Below, piece after piece: positions 44,990-54,364 of a stretch of DNA of 64,000 nt (within the stretch, counting starts at the first letter, position 1; each line of letters opens with the position of its first letter). Source of the stretch: Akkermansiaceae bacterium UBA1506 (GTDB taxonomy: Bacteria > Verrucomicrobiota > Verrucomicrobiia > Verrucomicrobiales > DEV007); assembly GCA_002323995.1 (NCBI GenBank), contig DCQY01000126.1:8020-72019 (forward strand), written 5' to 3'. Below the pieces are notes generated by a model, which worked only from the letters and a program-made list of their open reading frames with translations, had not been told where the DNA came from and made no database searches. Both the position numbers and the translations under genes were made by a program.

Positions 44990-46657
44990 ATGTCAGATAA
45001 AGACGACGATATTCCACCCCCGGGTTACCCTGACCCTAACGAGATTTCCCGAAAACTTTCTGATTTTTTGAAGTCGAATTTCGGCGATAACGTCTCCTTC
45101 TCAGCAGTATCTCCCGGCGGCAGCCCATTTCCTACCGGGGTAGCTCCGGATAACAAAGACAAAAAACATGACCCGAAAGAGGAACGGGCTGATATTTTCG
45201 ATTTCGACCTTCTTCCAAGGCAGATCAAGCAGCACCTTGACCGATTTGTAATAAAGCAGGACGAAGCAAAAAAAGCTTTGTCGATTGCAGTTTGTGATCA
45301 CTACAATCATGCTCAATACCTTCGCCGACTCGAAGCTGAAGATTCTCATGCTGCAGAGAGGATTGAATTCGCCAAGCAAAATGTGATTGTGGTAGGGCCG
45401 ACTGGTGTCGGCAAGACATATCTCGTAAAGCACATCGCCGAACTGATCGGAGTTCCCTTCGTCAAAGCGGATGCGACTAAGTTTTCGGAAACGGGATACG
45501 TTGGTGCCGATGTTGATGACCTAGTCAGGGAGCTGGTTCGTAAGGCTGATGGAGACGTCGAACTGGCCGAATACGGCATCGTCTACATTGATGAAATTGA
45601 CAAGATCGCAACGGCCTCGGCAATAGGTGGGCGCGATGTGAGTGGTCGCGGGGTGCAGACGACATTATTGAAACTGATGGAAGAAACGGAAGTCCAAGTC
45701 CGCAATCCACAGGATATTCAGTCTCAGATGCAGGCGATGTTCGATCAGGGGCGAGGCAAGCCAAGCAAGGATGCAATCAACACGCGTCACATTCTCTTCA
45801 TTGTGAGTGGGGCGTTTTCCGGTCTCGAAAAAATTGTCGAGAAACGTTTGAGGCAAGGTGCCATCGGATTTGGAGCAGAGCACACGATGGCAACCGAAGA
45901 AGCTGCACTCAAAGAAGCGGTTGGAACTCAGGATTTCATTGAGTTTGGTTTTGAGGCGGAATTTATTGGCCGGCTTCCGGTCCGTGTGGTTTGTGAGCAT
46001 CTCGAAAAAGAGGATCTGTTCGAGATTATGAAGAACTCAGAGGGAAGCCTGATTCGTCAGTATGAGAGGGAGTTTGAAGCGTTTGGAATTCAGGCTAATT
46101 TTCAAGATAGTGCACTCGAAATGATTGCGGCAGCTGCTGCCGAAGAGAAGACGGGTGCTCGCGGACTCATGACGGTTTGCGAGCGTTTGCTGCGCAATTT
46201 CAAATTTGAATTACCTGGAACCAGTGTCACAGAGTTGACAGTAGATGGCGATCTCGTGAACGAGCCTTCCAAGGCTCTGACCACTATCCTCGGCGAGGCT
46301 GAAACCTTTGCGGACTCGCGTGTTGTCTCCGAGTTGGCGGCTTTCAAACGCAAGTTCGAGCAGGAATATGGTGTTAAGCTGACCTTCGAGAGCGATACCG
46401 TTACTCGTCTGGCTAGCTTAGCTGAAGAACGGGGTCAGAGTGTGCTGCAACTCTGCGATGAATCCTTCCGAGACTACCAGTTTGGTCTGAAGTTGATCAA
46501 AAAGAATACGGGACAGGATTCTTTTCCAATCCCGTCGAGTGCTCTCGATGATCCGGATAAGTTCCTCAGTAGTCTGGTTGTGGCCAGCTATGAGAAAGAA
46601 GAATCCTCTCAGGAGGAACTCGATTTAGGAGATTCGAATTCAAAAAATTCGGTTTGA
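44990..46657 (+). CDS. ClpX-family AAA+ unfoldase paralog lacking the N-terminal zinc-binding domain
   Basis: ClpX-like [27 protein letters not shown]. Walker A GPTGVGKT. Pore-1 loop TGYVG. Walker [30 protein letters not shown] loop (QGAIGFGA). Sensor region KTGARGL. The first 70 residues contain no Cys. About 135 aa of C-terminal extension. Confidence 0.8.
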   Translation: MSDKDDDIPPPGYPDPNEISRKLSDFLKSNFGDNVSFSAVSPGGSPFPTGVAPDNKDKKHDPKEERADIFDFDLLPRQIKQHLDRFVIKQDEAKKALSIAVCDHYNHAQYLRRLEAEDSHAAERIEFAKQNVIVVGPTGVGKTYLVKHIAELIGVPFVKADATKFSETGYVGADVDDLVRELVRKADGDVELAEYGIVYIDEIDKIATASAIGGRDVSGRGVQTTLLKLMEETEVQVRNPQDIQSQMQAMFDQGRGKPSKDAINTRHILFIVSGAFSGLEKIVEKRLRQGAIGFGAEHTMATEEAALKEAVGTQDFIEFGFEAEFIGRLPVRVVCEHLEKEDLFEIMKNSEGSLIRQYEREFEAFGIQANFQDSALEMIAAAAAEEKTGARGLMTVCERLLRNFKFELPGTSVTELTVDGDLVNEPSKALTTILGEAETFADSRVVSELAAFKRKFEQEYGVKLTFESDTVTRLASLAEERGQSVLQLCDESFRDYQFGLKLIKKNTGQDSFPIPSSALDDPDKFLSSLVVASYEKEESSQEELDLGDSNSKNSV

Positions 46658-46871
46658 GGCCGCAACAACTGAATTCGTTGCCAGGATTTTGGTTCCGAAC
46701 CCTTATGGCATGTCCTTAAATTCATGATTCAGTCCTGTCTGTGAAAATGGTCAGAGTAAAATGAATTCATTGATCCTATCGCTGAGGGGAGGAAGCTAAA
46801 GGCCGGACTGTTGGCCGGTAAATAGTGGGATTTTCGTTGCAGCCTGCGTTTCTCTGTGAGATTAACGGCGC

Positions 46872-47618
46872 ATGGGTTCATTTGAAGATCGAGTTGTCGT
46901 CGTGACCGGGTCTGGTCGGGGCATTGGTAAGGAAATCGCCAGAGCTTTCGTCGGGCTTGGCGCCAAGGTGGCTATCGCGAGTCGAACAGAATCGAATTCT
47001 CAAGCTACTGCTGACGAATTAAATACCGCGGGCCCGGGTATGGCAAAAGCCTATGCGGTCGACATTTCCGACTATGACAGCACGATCGAGTTCGGTAAGT
47101 TGGTAACTGCTGAAATTGGAGCACCGAGCATTTTGGTGAACAATGCAGGTGTGACCCGCGATGGACTCGCGCTGCGGATGAGCGAGGAAGACTGGGATAC
47201 GGTTGTGGATACCAATCTAAAAGGAGCGTTTAACGCAGTAAAAGCCTTTCAGCGAGGCTTGTTAAAGGCCGAGAATGCCAGAATCATTAATATCAGCTCC
47301 GTTATTGGTTTGATGGGAAATGCAGGTCAGGCCAACTACGCGGCAAGTAAAGCCGGTCTGATAGGATTTACGAAAGCGCTGGCTAAGGAGTTTGCCGGGC
47401 GCCAGGTGTGCGTCAACGCGGTGGCGCCGGGCTTCATTGTAACCGATATGACCGGCGAACTGACTGAACAGGTTCAGGAGCAGATCAAACAAGAGATTCC
47501 GTTGGGGTCGTTTGGTGAGACAAGCGATATTGCGAACGCGGTAATTTTTCTTGCCGGTGAGGGTGCTCGTTACATAACTGGCCAGGTTCTAACGGTAGAC
47601 GGCGGCATGGTCATGTAG
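46872..47618 (+). CDS. fabG: 3-oxoacyl-ACP reductase
   Basis: SDR motifs TGSGRGIGKEIA, NNAG and YAASKAG, and the C-terminal ITGQVLTVDGGMVM typical of FabG. Confidence 0.85.
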   Translation: MGSFEDRVVVVTGSGRGIGKEIARAFVGLGAKVAIASRTESNSQATADELNTAGPGMAKAYAVDISDYDSTIEFGKLVTAEIGAPSILVNNAGVTRDGLALRMSEEDWDTVVDTNLKGAFNAVKAFQRGLLKAENARIINISSVIGLMGNAGQANYAASKAGLIGFTKALAKEFAGRQVCVNAVAPGFIVTDMTGELTEQVQEQIKQEIPLGSFGETSDIANAVIFLAGEGARYITGQVLTVDGGMVM

Positions 47619-47667
47619 GGATAAATGAATAAGGGTTTTCTTTTCCCTACATTTTTATAATGTAAAA

Positions 47668-47697
47668 GTTTCGGTTCAATATAGAACCGAGACTTTT
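47668..47697 (+). terminator. Rho-independent terminator after fabG
   Basis: Stem TCGGTTC (47671-47677) pairs with GAACCGA (47684-47690) across loop AATATA, followed by GACTTTTGG. Confidence 0.6.
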
Positions 47698-47757
47698 GGG
47701 TCTCATTATTCTTGGATTTGAATTGCCAAAATCAGGGGGTTTTTGTAAATCGTTGCC

Positions 47758-48684
47758 ATGTTCGAGGTCAGAACGATGCTAACTGCAGACTTCGATGAAG
47801 TCGCTGAGCTGATTTTCCTTTCGACTAATGGCTGGTATCAGCAGCACGTTAGTCATTCTATCTTTCAATGCTCTCCGGGGGATTGCCGTATCTTTCCCGA
47901 AGTCTACGAAGATCTAGATCCGGAATGCGGTCTGGTGGTCGAGCACCCAAAGACTCAGATGATCATCGGGTCTTGTTTTTTTCACCCGAGAGAAACTCAC
48001 GTTTCCCTCGGAATCATGAACGTGCATCCCAATTACTTCGGGCATGGCATCGCCGGCTTGCTTCTAAAGCATATTATCGGATACACAGATTCAAGGGCGC
48101 TGCCGTTAAGGTTGGTGTCCAGTGCGCTCAATCTCGATTCGTATTCGCTTTACAACCGATTTGGATTCGTCCCGACTTCGATTTACCAGGACATGGTGAT
48201 TGATGTTCCATCTAGTGGAATCGAACTACAAGAAGACTATCCATTGCCCACCGTTCGTGAAGCCGGTCCGTCGGATCTTGTCGCGATGGGGCAGATCGAG
48301 TTTGAAATCAGTGGGATATCGCGGGAACGCGACTACTGCTATTTCATTGAGAAAGGGGACGAGATCTGGCACACGGTCATCTCCGAGGATGAGGATGGAA
48401 ATGTGGATGGGTTTCTAGTTTCGGTCGATCATCCAGCATCCCGAATGATTGGCCCGGGAGTGGCTCGCAGTGAGAAGGCCGCTCTGGCTATGCTGCTCAG
48501 GCAGCTCGGGCGTTTCAAGGGCAAGTCCGTCGTCTTTTTACTGCCAGCATCATGCAGCCTTCTGGTGCAGGCTGCCTACAAAATTGGAGCGCGCAACTGT
48601 GAGTTACACTTTGGCCAGATTAAGGGAGAGGCGCAACCGGTAAGCGGTGTGGTCATGCCGAGCTTTTTGCCTGAGTCTGGCTAG
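47758..48684 (+). CDS. GNAT-family N-acetyltransferase with a C-terminal extension
   Basis: Acetyl-CoA binding region VHPNYFGHGIAGLLLKHII and YNRFGF. About 130 extra C-terminal residues of unknown fold. Confidence 0.6.
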   Translation: MFEVRTMLTADFDEVAELIFLSTNGWYQQHVSHSIFQCSPGDCRIFPEVYEDLDPECGLVVEHPKTQMIIGSCFFHPRETHVSLGIMNVHPNYFGHGIAGLLLKHIIGYTDSRALPLRLVSSALNLDSYSLYNRFGFVPTSIYQDMVIDVPSSGIELQEDYPLPTVREAGPSDLVAMGQIEFEISGISRERDYCYFIEKGDEIWHTVISEDEDGNVDGFLVSVDHPASRMIGPGVARSEKAALAMLLRQLGRFKGKSVVFLLPASCSLLVQAAYKIGARNCELHFGQIKGEAQPVSGVVMPSFLPESG

Positions 48685-48711
48685 GCAATCGAAAGGGTTG
48701 AGAGTATTCTG

Positions 48712-49302
48712 CTATTGAGCCCCTAATTTTTTGGCCTGTGCTTGACTGGCTTCATCGAGGTTCGCCAGTGGATAAACGAACTCAGAACCATCATCTTTGC
48801 GCAGCTTTACATGAGTGGCATTCACTGCCACGAAAAAAGCCTTCAGGGAAACCCCTTTTGTGTTTCTCCAATCAAGCAATTCAGCCGCAGTGGCAGTCGT
48901 TGTCGGGGTAGGATCCGGATCATCAGCTGAAAACTTGGCGCCCTCAGCGATCCATTGTTTCACCAGGTTCAGTTCGGCTGAGGTCATGGCTTCAGCGCCG
49001 CGGGCGCGAGCAGGGGGAGGGGGCATTGCATCTCCATCAGTGCGTGGGAGACTGGCCTTGATGGTGAGGAGACTGTTCGCCGGATTGCCCGGAATGATGG
49101 CGGGGTCGTCTCCACCAATCCGGTCAGCAAAACTATCTTGAGAGTCCATGCGGAGCTTACCCTTTGCTCTCGGTCCACTGTGGCACTTGTAGCACTTCTT
49201 GTTAAGAATCGGTCTGATCTCCGTGGTGTAGTCGACTGCTACCACGTTTCCGCAGGAAACGGAAAGCAGAGCTAGGATCGCCAAGGGGGATGGGAGTTTC
49301 AT
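48712..49302 (-). CDS. PSCyt1 (CxxCH) plus SHD1 domain secreted protein
   Basis: Signal peptide. CYKCHSGPRAKGKLRMD motif, as in the planctomycete cytochrome C domain. The C-terminal FVAVNATHVKLRKDDGSEFVYPLANLDEASQ resembles the SLA1 homology domain 1. ATG at 49302. Confidence 0.7.
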   Translation of the reverse strand: MKLPSPLAILALLSVSCGNVVAVDYTTEIRPILNKKCYKCHSGPRAKGKLRMDSQDSFADRIGGDDPAIIPGNPANSLLTIKASLPRTDGDAMPPPPARARGAEAMTSAELNLVKQWIAEGAKFSADDPDPTPTTTATAAELLDWRNTKGVSLKAFFVAVNATHVKLRKDDGSEFVYPLANLDEASQAQAKKLGAQ

Positions 49303-49475
49303 TCGCAATGTTTGTTTCAGAGATTCGCAATTAGCCTGAGTTCTGAGACACTTCAGAACTTAGCAAAATGTTTTCGAGAGTCAATTCCCTCCCAAAGCTA
49401 TACGACGCAGATGCGCCGTGGGAGTTCCCTCTTTCCGAATTGATTCACTGCAAAGTGCCGTGTAAAAGGGGCCGC

Positions 49476-51020
49476 ATGAAGTGTCTTACTAATATCTTTC
49501 TGGTGACCGTGCTATCGATCGTGGTGGCTTTGGCAGAGAACTCGCGCCCCAATATTGTTTTTATCTTTACGGATGATCACTGTCAGCAAGCCCTGAGTGC
49601 GTATGATGCTACGCGGATGGCCACGCCAAATATGGATCGTATTGCTGAGGATGGGATTAAGTTCAACCGTTGCTATGTTACCAATGGCATTTGCGGCCCG
49701 AGCCGAGCGGTTATCCAAACGGGTAAGCACAGCCATCTGAATGGCTTTATTCGAAACGGGAACACCTTTGATGGTTCTCAGCAGACTTTCCCAAAGCTTC
49801 TTAACGCGGCCGGGTATCAGACGGCCGTGATCGGGAAATGGCATCTTAAGTCGACGCCCCAGGGATATGACTATTTCGATGTGCTGATAGGTCAGGGTCC
49901 CTACTACAATCCTCCGATGCTCTATGGAGGTATTGAGGCGGAAGCCACGAGGCGGGACCACGTTGGATACACAACAGACATCATTGGTGAGAAGACACTC
50001 GAATGGCTGAAAAATGACCGAGACCCAGAGAAACCTTTCATGCTGATGTTCCAGCACAAAGCGCCGCACCGCAATTGGCAGCCAGGACCTAAATACCTGA
50101 CTTGGCTCGATGATCAGGAAATTCCCGAACCAGCGACGCTGTTTGATGACTATTCTAATCGTGCCAGTCCTGCCGCTAACCAGACGATGGAGATCAAGAC
50201 TCACATGAATGATAAAGATCTTAAACTTGTAGCCCCAAACAATCTAACGCCAGATCAAGCAGAAGCTTGGAATGCTGCGTATGAACCCAAAAACGAAGCC
50301 TACATCGCAAAGCGCGACTCAATGTCTGAGAAAGAGATTATCCAGTGGAAATATCAGCGCTACGTGAAGGATTACTTACGCTGCGTTAAGTCAGTTGATG
50401 ACACTATTGGTGATGTGCTTGATTATCTTGAGGAGGAGAATCTTGCTGATAATACCGTCGTGATCTACTCCAGCGATCAGGGGTGGTATCTTGGAGAGCA
50501 CGGCTGGTTTGATAAGCGTTGGATGTACGAAGAGTCACTTAAGGCTCCTCTACTTATCAAGTGGCCCGGTGTTATCGATCCAGGTTCGGTCAGTGATGAC
50601 ATTGTTTCTAATCTCGACTTTGCTCAGACTTTTCTCGACATCGCTGGAGTTGAAATACCCGATGACATGCAGGGTGAAAGTATGGTCCCACTTCTAAAGG
50701 GGAAGACTCCCAGTGACTGGCGCACCACCTTCTATTACCACTACTACGAGTTTCCTGGTGCTCACAGCGTAGCCCGTCACTTCGGGGTGACCGATGGCGA
50801 GCACAAGTTAATCAAGTATTATCATCTCAACGAGGGGGAACTTTTTGACCTCAAGAAGGATCCTGGTGAAATGAACTCGATCTACGATTCCCCGGAATAC
50901 GCGAGTAAGCGTAAAGAACTCGAGTCTGAATTGGAACGACTGCAGACTTTTTACCAAGTCCCTGAAGACCCGATGCCCGAGCCGAATCAGCCCAGAGGAA
51001 AAAAGAGAAAGAAAAATTAA
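49476..51020 (+). CDS. Sulfatase (Cys-type; N-sulfoglucosamine / GlcNAc-6-sulfatase-like)
   Basis: The ATG at 49476 gives a signal peptide (MKCLTNIFLVTVLSIVVALA). Motifs FTDDH, CGPSRAVIQTG, GKWHL and SSDQGWYLGEHG, plus a C-terminal LFDLKKDPGEMN segment. Confidence 0.85.
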   Translation: MKCLTNIFLVTVLSIVVALAENSRPNIVFIFTDDHCQQALSAYDATRMATPNMDRIAEDGIKFNRCYVTNGICGPSRAVIQTGKHSHLNGFIRNGNTFDGSQQTFPKLLNAAGYQTAVIGKWHLKSTPQGYDYFDVLIGQGPYYNPPMLYGGIEAEATRRDHVGYTTDIIGEKTLEWLKNDRDPEKPFMLMFQHKAPHRNWQPGPKYLTWLDDQEIPEPATLFDDYSNRASPAANQTMEIKTHMNDKDLKLVAPNNLTPDQAEAWNAAYEPKNEAYIAKRDSMSEKEIIQWKYQRYVKDYLRCVKSVDDTIGDVLDYLEEENLADNTVVIYSSDQGWYLGEHGWFDKRWMYEESLKAPLLIKWPGVIDPGSVSDDIVSNLDFAQTFLDIAGVEIPDDMQGESMVPLLKGKTPSDWRTTFYYHYYEFPGAHSVARHFGVTDGEHKLIKYYHLNEGELFDLKKDPGEMNSIYDSPEYASKRKELESELERLQTFYQVPEDPMPEPNQPRGKKRKKN

Positions 51021-51098
51021 ACTCCTGCCCCAGAGCGAAGAAAAGTTAGTTTTTCACAGCGGTCTGCTTCGGAGTGATGAGTAGCGTCTTATATTAGC

Positions 51099-51671
51099 CT
51101 AAAGAAGCTGGCGCTTCTCAACTGCGATGAGAAACGGGGGCGTGTTGCATTGGTTTGTGAACTCATACCGGACCACGCTGAAAACGCTTTGGTCCAAGCT
51201 GGAGGCCCAGTTAGCGATAGTGTTACTTTCTCCGAGGCCACCCTCATGACCGATGTAGGCAACGATAGTCAGTAGGCCACCTTCTTTCAGGATTTTAACG
51301 GAATTTCTGAGAGCAACCAAGGTGGTCTCAGGCTTCGTGGTGATTGATTTATCGCCGCCTGGAAGATAGCCAAGATTAAAGGTGATAGCTGAGACGGGGT
51401 CAGAAACGGACTCATCTAAAAGTTCGTGGCTCAGGCACCTCAGGGTGATATTCGTCAGGCCCGCCGTGCGTTGCCGAGTTTTCTCGATGGCGCTTTCCTG
51501 CACATCAAAACCATAAACGTGTCCTTCTGGCCCGACCTGCTCGGCAAGGAAAAGAGTATCATGCCCATTGCCCACAGTTGCGTCTATAGCTTGATCTCCT
51601 GGTTTTAGCCTCTCTCGCAGAAGGCGGTGGGCCATTTCGGTAGGGCGAGGTAGGGAGGTAAATTTAGCCAT
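51099..51671 (-). CDS. mnmM: YtqB/MnmM-type class I SAM-dependent methyltransferase (putative rRNA methylase family)
   Basis: The ATG at 51671 is preferred. Blocks AIDATVGNGHDTLFLAE, GHVYGFDVQESAI, FNLGYLPGGDKSITT and PPFLIAVEKR match, from memory, the conserved blocks of B. subtilis YtqB (MnmM). Confidence 0.65.
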   Translation of the reverse strand: MAKFTSLPRPTEMAHRLLRERLKPGDQAIDATVGNGHDTLFLAEQVGPEGHVYGFDVQESAIEKTRQRTAGLTNITLRCLSHELLDESVSDPVSAITFNLGYLPGGDKSITTKPETTLVALRNSVKILKEGGLLTIVAYIGHEGGLGESNTIANWASSLDQSVFSVVRYEFTNQCNTPPFLIAVEKRQLL

Positions 51672-51675
51672 CGAA

Positions 51676-52725
51676 TCAAAGAAAGTTTGAACGGATGTCA
51701 CTGCAATCCGGCAAAGAGACTCCACCGAGAATATGATCGACGAGGCGAGAAGCATGCCACGGACCGTTAAGGACACCTTTGGAACCCAGGCCGTTAAAGA
51801 AGAAGACGCGGGACTGGGAGGGATGCCGCCCCATGAAAACCTGACTACGGCGGATGACTGGTCGAATGCCGGTGCGTTGGGACGAAACTTCAAAAGGCGC
51901 CCGGGTTAACTGGGTTACTTTCTTAATCACCTCAGCGCGTCCTCCATCGTAGCCGTAGGGATCGTCGAGATCGTGGCGGTAAGTCGAGCCTGCGCTAAAC
52001 GTGCCGCTGCCTTTGGGAATGAGCCAGCCGCCGGAATTGAGGATGTGCGAAACATCGGAGATCTCGGGAATAGCAAGGTCTAGAATGTCACCAACCGTTG
52101 GCTTGATCGGAATCCAGTCAAAAAAGCGATTCTGATTGCCTTGCCAACCTTGGGCAAAAATAATGCCATCGGCCTCGATATTTTTCCACTTTACGAAATT
52201 CTCTTCGATTGCAACTTCGTCAGGGTCAATACGCCCAATTGCATAGCCGAGTCGCTCCAGTAGGTGATAGCGAGTTGCGCTAAGAAATTCGGGAAGATCC
52301 ATCCAACCGCCACCCTTCATTTCGAAGCCACCGTAGGGAACCGCGATCTTATCATCGTCGAGGGTAAGAGGACCTGAGAATTTTTCATAAGCTTCCGGGT
52401 CTTCGGCAATTCTTGACTTCCACGTTTCTCTTTCATCTTCAGAGCGGAAGAGGCGAGCAATGCGCTTGTGATGAAAAAAATGGCGCTTTGTCGCTTCCTC
52501 GGCGCTCCAATAGAAGGAGCGAGCATAGTCGAGTCGCTCGCCTAGGCCGTCAGGGATATTAAAACGATTCCCGGCGAGGGGGGTTACCAGACCGGCAGCG
52601 ACTTTTGATGAAGTGACTTCTTCCTCTGGATCAACAACGAGGACTCGTTGCCCCCGACCCAACAAGTGCCAGGCTAGGAGCGAGCCGGCAAGGCCTTGTC
52701 CAACGATGAGGTAGTCAACTTTCAA
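51676..52725 (-). CDS. FAD-dependent oxidoreductase (DAO family)
   Basis: N-terminal dinucleotide fold DYLIVGQGLAGSLLAWHLLGRGQRVLVVD. C-terminal FNGLGSKGV motif. TTG start. The stop lies 4 nt before the methyltransferase ATG. Confidence 0.8.
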   Translation of the reverse strand: MKVDYLIVGQGLAGSLLAWHLLGRGQRVLVVDPEEEVTSSKVAAGLVTPLAGNRFNIPDGLGERLDYARSFYWSAEEATKRHFFHHKRIARLFRSEDERETWKSRIAEDPEAYEKFSGPLTLDDDKIAVPYGGFEMKGGGWMDLPEFLSATRYHLLERLGYAIGRIDPDEVAIEENFVKWKNIEADGIIFAQGWQGNQNRFFDWIPIKPTVGDILDLAIPEISDVSHILNSGGWLIPKGSGTFSAGSTYRHDLDDPYGYDGGRAEVIKKVTQLTRAPFEVSSQRTGIRPVIRRSQVFMGRHPSQSRVFFFNGLGSKGVLNGPWHASRLVDHILGGVSLPDCSDIRSNFL

Positions 52726-52942
52726 AATCTCAGGTCGGTAAATTTCCTCCGTTACACTATGGGGTAGAACTTTGCTAGATCATTCAGTTTCCAAGACAGC
52801 TGAAAAGCATCTCAGTCTTGCAGTTGATCCCCGCCTCGTAGACAGCCTTGGTCGCGAAAGTGTGATCCCAAGATGCTGACCGATCATCAGGCATCGAACG
52901 CCGGATTTCAGACGGCTAAGATGAATCTTAATTATGGAGTGT

Positions 52943-54244
52943 TTAGACTACAGTTCCGTTTGGGATAATCTTTCCCTTTGGAACGACAATGATACCGTCC
53001 CGAATATAACCCCACTCGTTATCTTCGTTGACCCGATCTCGTGGGTGAATAGTGACATTTTTTCCGATGCTGGCGTTCTTATCGATGATTGCCTTGTGGA
53101 TCTTGGTGTTTTCACCGATGAAAATGGGAGTTTCTGTAACCTTACCTTTTTTGCTTACCTTCTGTTTGTTGTAGTAGTCGGATCCCATGATGATTGTGTC
53201 AGTGATTTCGCAACCAGATTCAATGACAGAGCGCACACCGATGATCGAACGTTTGATCGAGGCCTTCGTGATGATGCAACCATCAGAGAGAAGGGCTTGC
53301 TCAATACTTGCGTTATTGATTTTGCTGGCGGGGAGTAGACGAGCGCGTGTGTAGATCGGATTGTGAGGGTCAAAGAAGTTGAATCGGGGAACGATTTTTG
53401 TGACTTCCAGATTTGACTCGTAAAAAGATTTTATAGTGCCGATGTCTTCCCAATATCCTTGGAAAGTGTGGGAGTAAACGTCCTTGTTTTGGATGATACC
53501 CGGTATAACGTCACCACCGAAGTCTTCAAGTTCGTTGTCGAGTGCCTCTTCAAGAACCTCGCGATTGAAGAGGTAGATACCCATGGATGCCTGGAATTTT
53601 TCTTTGTCCTCCGAGATGCCCGCTGACCTTAACAATGCTTTTGGCATGACGAGTTGATCAAGTAGATCGTCTTTGTTGCCGGGCTTTTCGACAAAACGGG
53701 TGATACGGCTTTTATCGTCGGTGTGCATCAGACCGAATGCTCGCGCCGAGTCGCGATCAACCGGGGTAGTAGCGATAGTAAGATCGGCACCGCTGTCTTT
53801 GTGTTCTTTAAGCATTTGACGGTAGTCCATACGATAGAGTTGATCACCGCTGAGAATTAGGAAGTAGCGGTAGGGGCGCTCGAGGAAATAGCTCAGATTT
53901 TGACGCACGGCGTCCGCCGTGCCCTGATACCAATTATTGTCACCCGGGGTCTGTTGAGCTGCCAGAATTTGAACAAAATTCTCGCCGAAGTGATCAAATT
54001 TGTAGGCATTGGTAACGTGTCGGTTGAGTGACTCACTATTAAATTGAGTCAGAACATACATTTGGCGAATGCCTGAGTTGATACAGTTGCTAATCGGGAT
54101 ATCGACAATCCGATACTTGCCGGCTAGGGGAACCGCGGGCTTTGATCGCCGGTGGGTGAGAGGAAAAAGGCGTGTTCCCTGACCTCCTCCCATAATGATG
54201 GCAAGAGTGTTGCTGAGTGGTTTGGCAGAGTTGGTTTCGGACAT
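52943..54244 (-). CDS. glgC: Glucose-1-phosphate adenylyltransferase
   Basis: Motifs IIMGGGQGTRLFPLTHRRSKPAVPLAGKYRIVDIPISNCINSG, WYQGTADAV and FVEKP, plus a C-terminal left-handed beta-helix repeat. ATG at 54244. Confidence 0.9.
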   Translation of the reverse strand: MSETNSAKPLSNTLAIIMGGGQGTRLFPLTHRRSKPAVPLAGKYRIVDIPISNCINSGIRQMYVLTQFNSESLNRHVTNAYKFDHFGENFVQILAAQQTPGDNNWYQGTADAVRQNLSYFLERPYRYFLILSGDQLYRMDYRQMLKEHKDSGADLTIATTPVDRDSARAFGLMHTDDKSRITRFVEKPGNKDDLLDQLVMPKALLRSAGISEDKEKFQASMGIYLFNREVLEEALDNELEDFGGDVIPGIIQNKDVYSHTFQGYWEDIGTIKSFYESNLEVTKIVPRFNFFDPHNPIYTRARLLPASKINNASIEQALLSDGCIITKASIKRSIIGVRSVIESGCEITDTIIMGSDYYNKQKVSKKGKVTETPIFIGENTKIHKAIIDKNASIGKNVTIHPRDRVNEDNEWGYIRDGIIVVPKGKIIPNGTVV

Positions 54245-54364
54245 AATTTCCAAGGCTAACCTACGAGGTATTCGAATAAATTGGCACTCTTTTAGTTACA
54301 AAATTTTTGATTAAGCAGCATTCCCAAACTACCGTTCATCGGGATTTTAAAATCTATAAGATTT

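Noticed and set aside
46636-46768. Repeated GAATTC/AAATTC-containing motifs (46636, 46671, 46718, 46763) upstream of fabG, considered as operator repeats
   Set aside because: The copies share only about 6-8 nt, their spacing is irregular, and one lies inside the ClpX-like coding end. That is too weak to call a regulatory repeat without comparative data.
54254-54364. Possible glmS ribozyme in the glmS leader
   Set aside because: The leader is only 111 nt, AT-rich, and shared with the divergent glgC promoter. I saw none of the conserved glmS ribozyme core. The ribozyme is essentially restricted to Gram-positive lineages.
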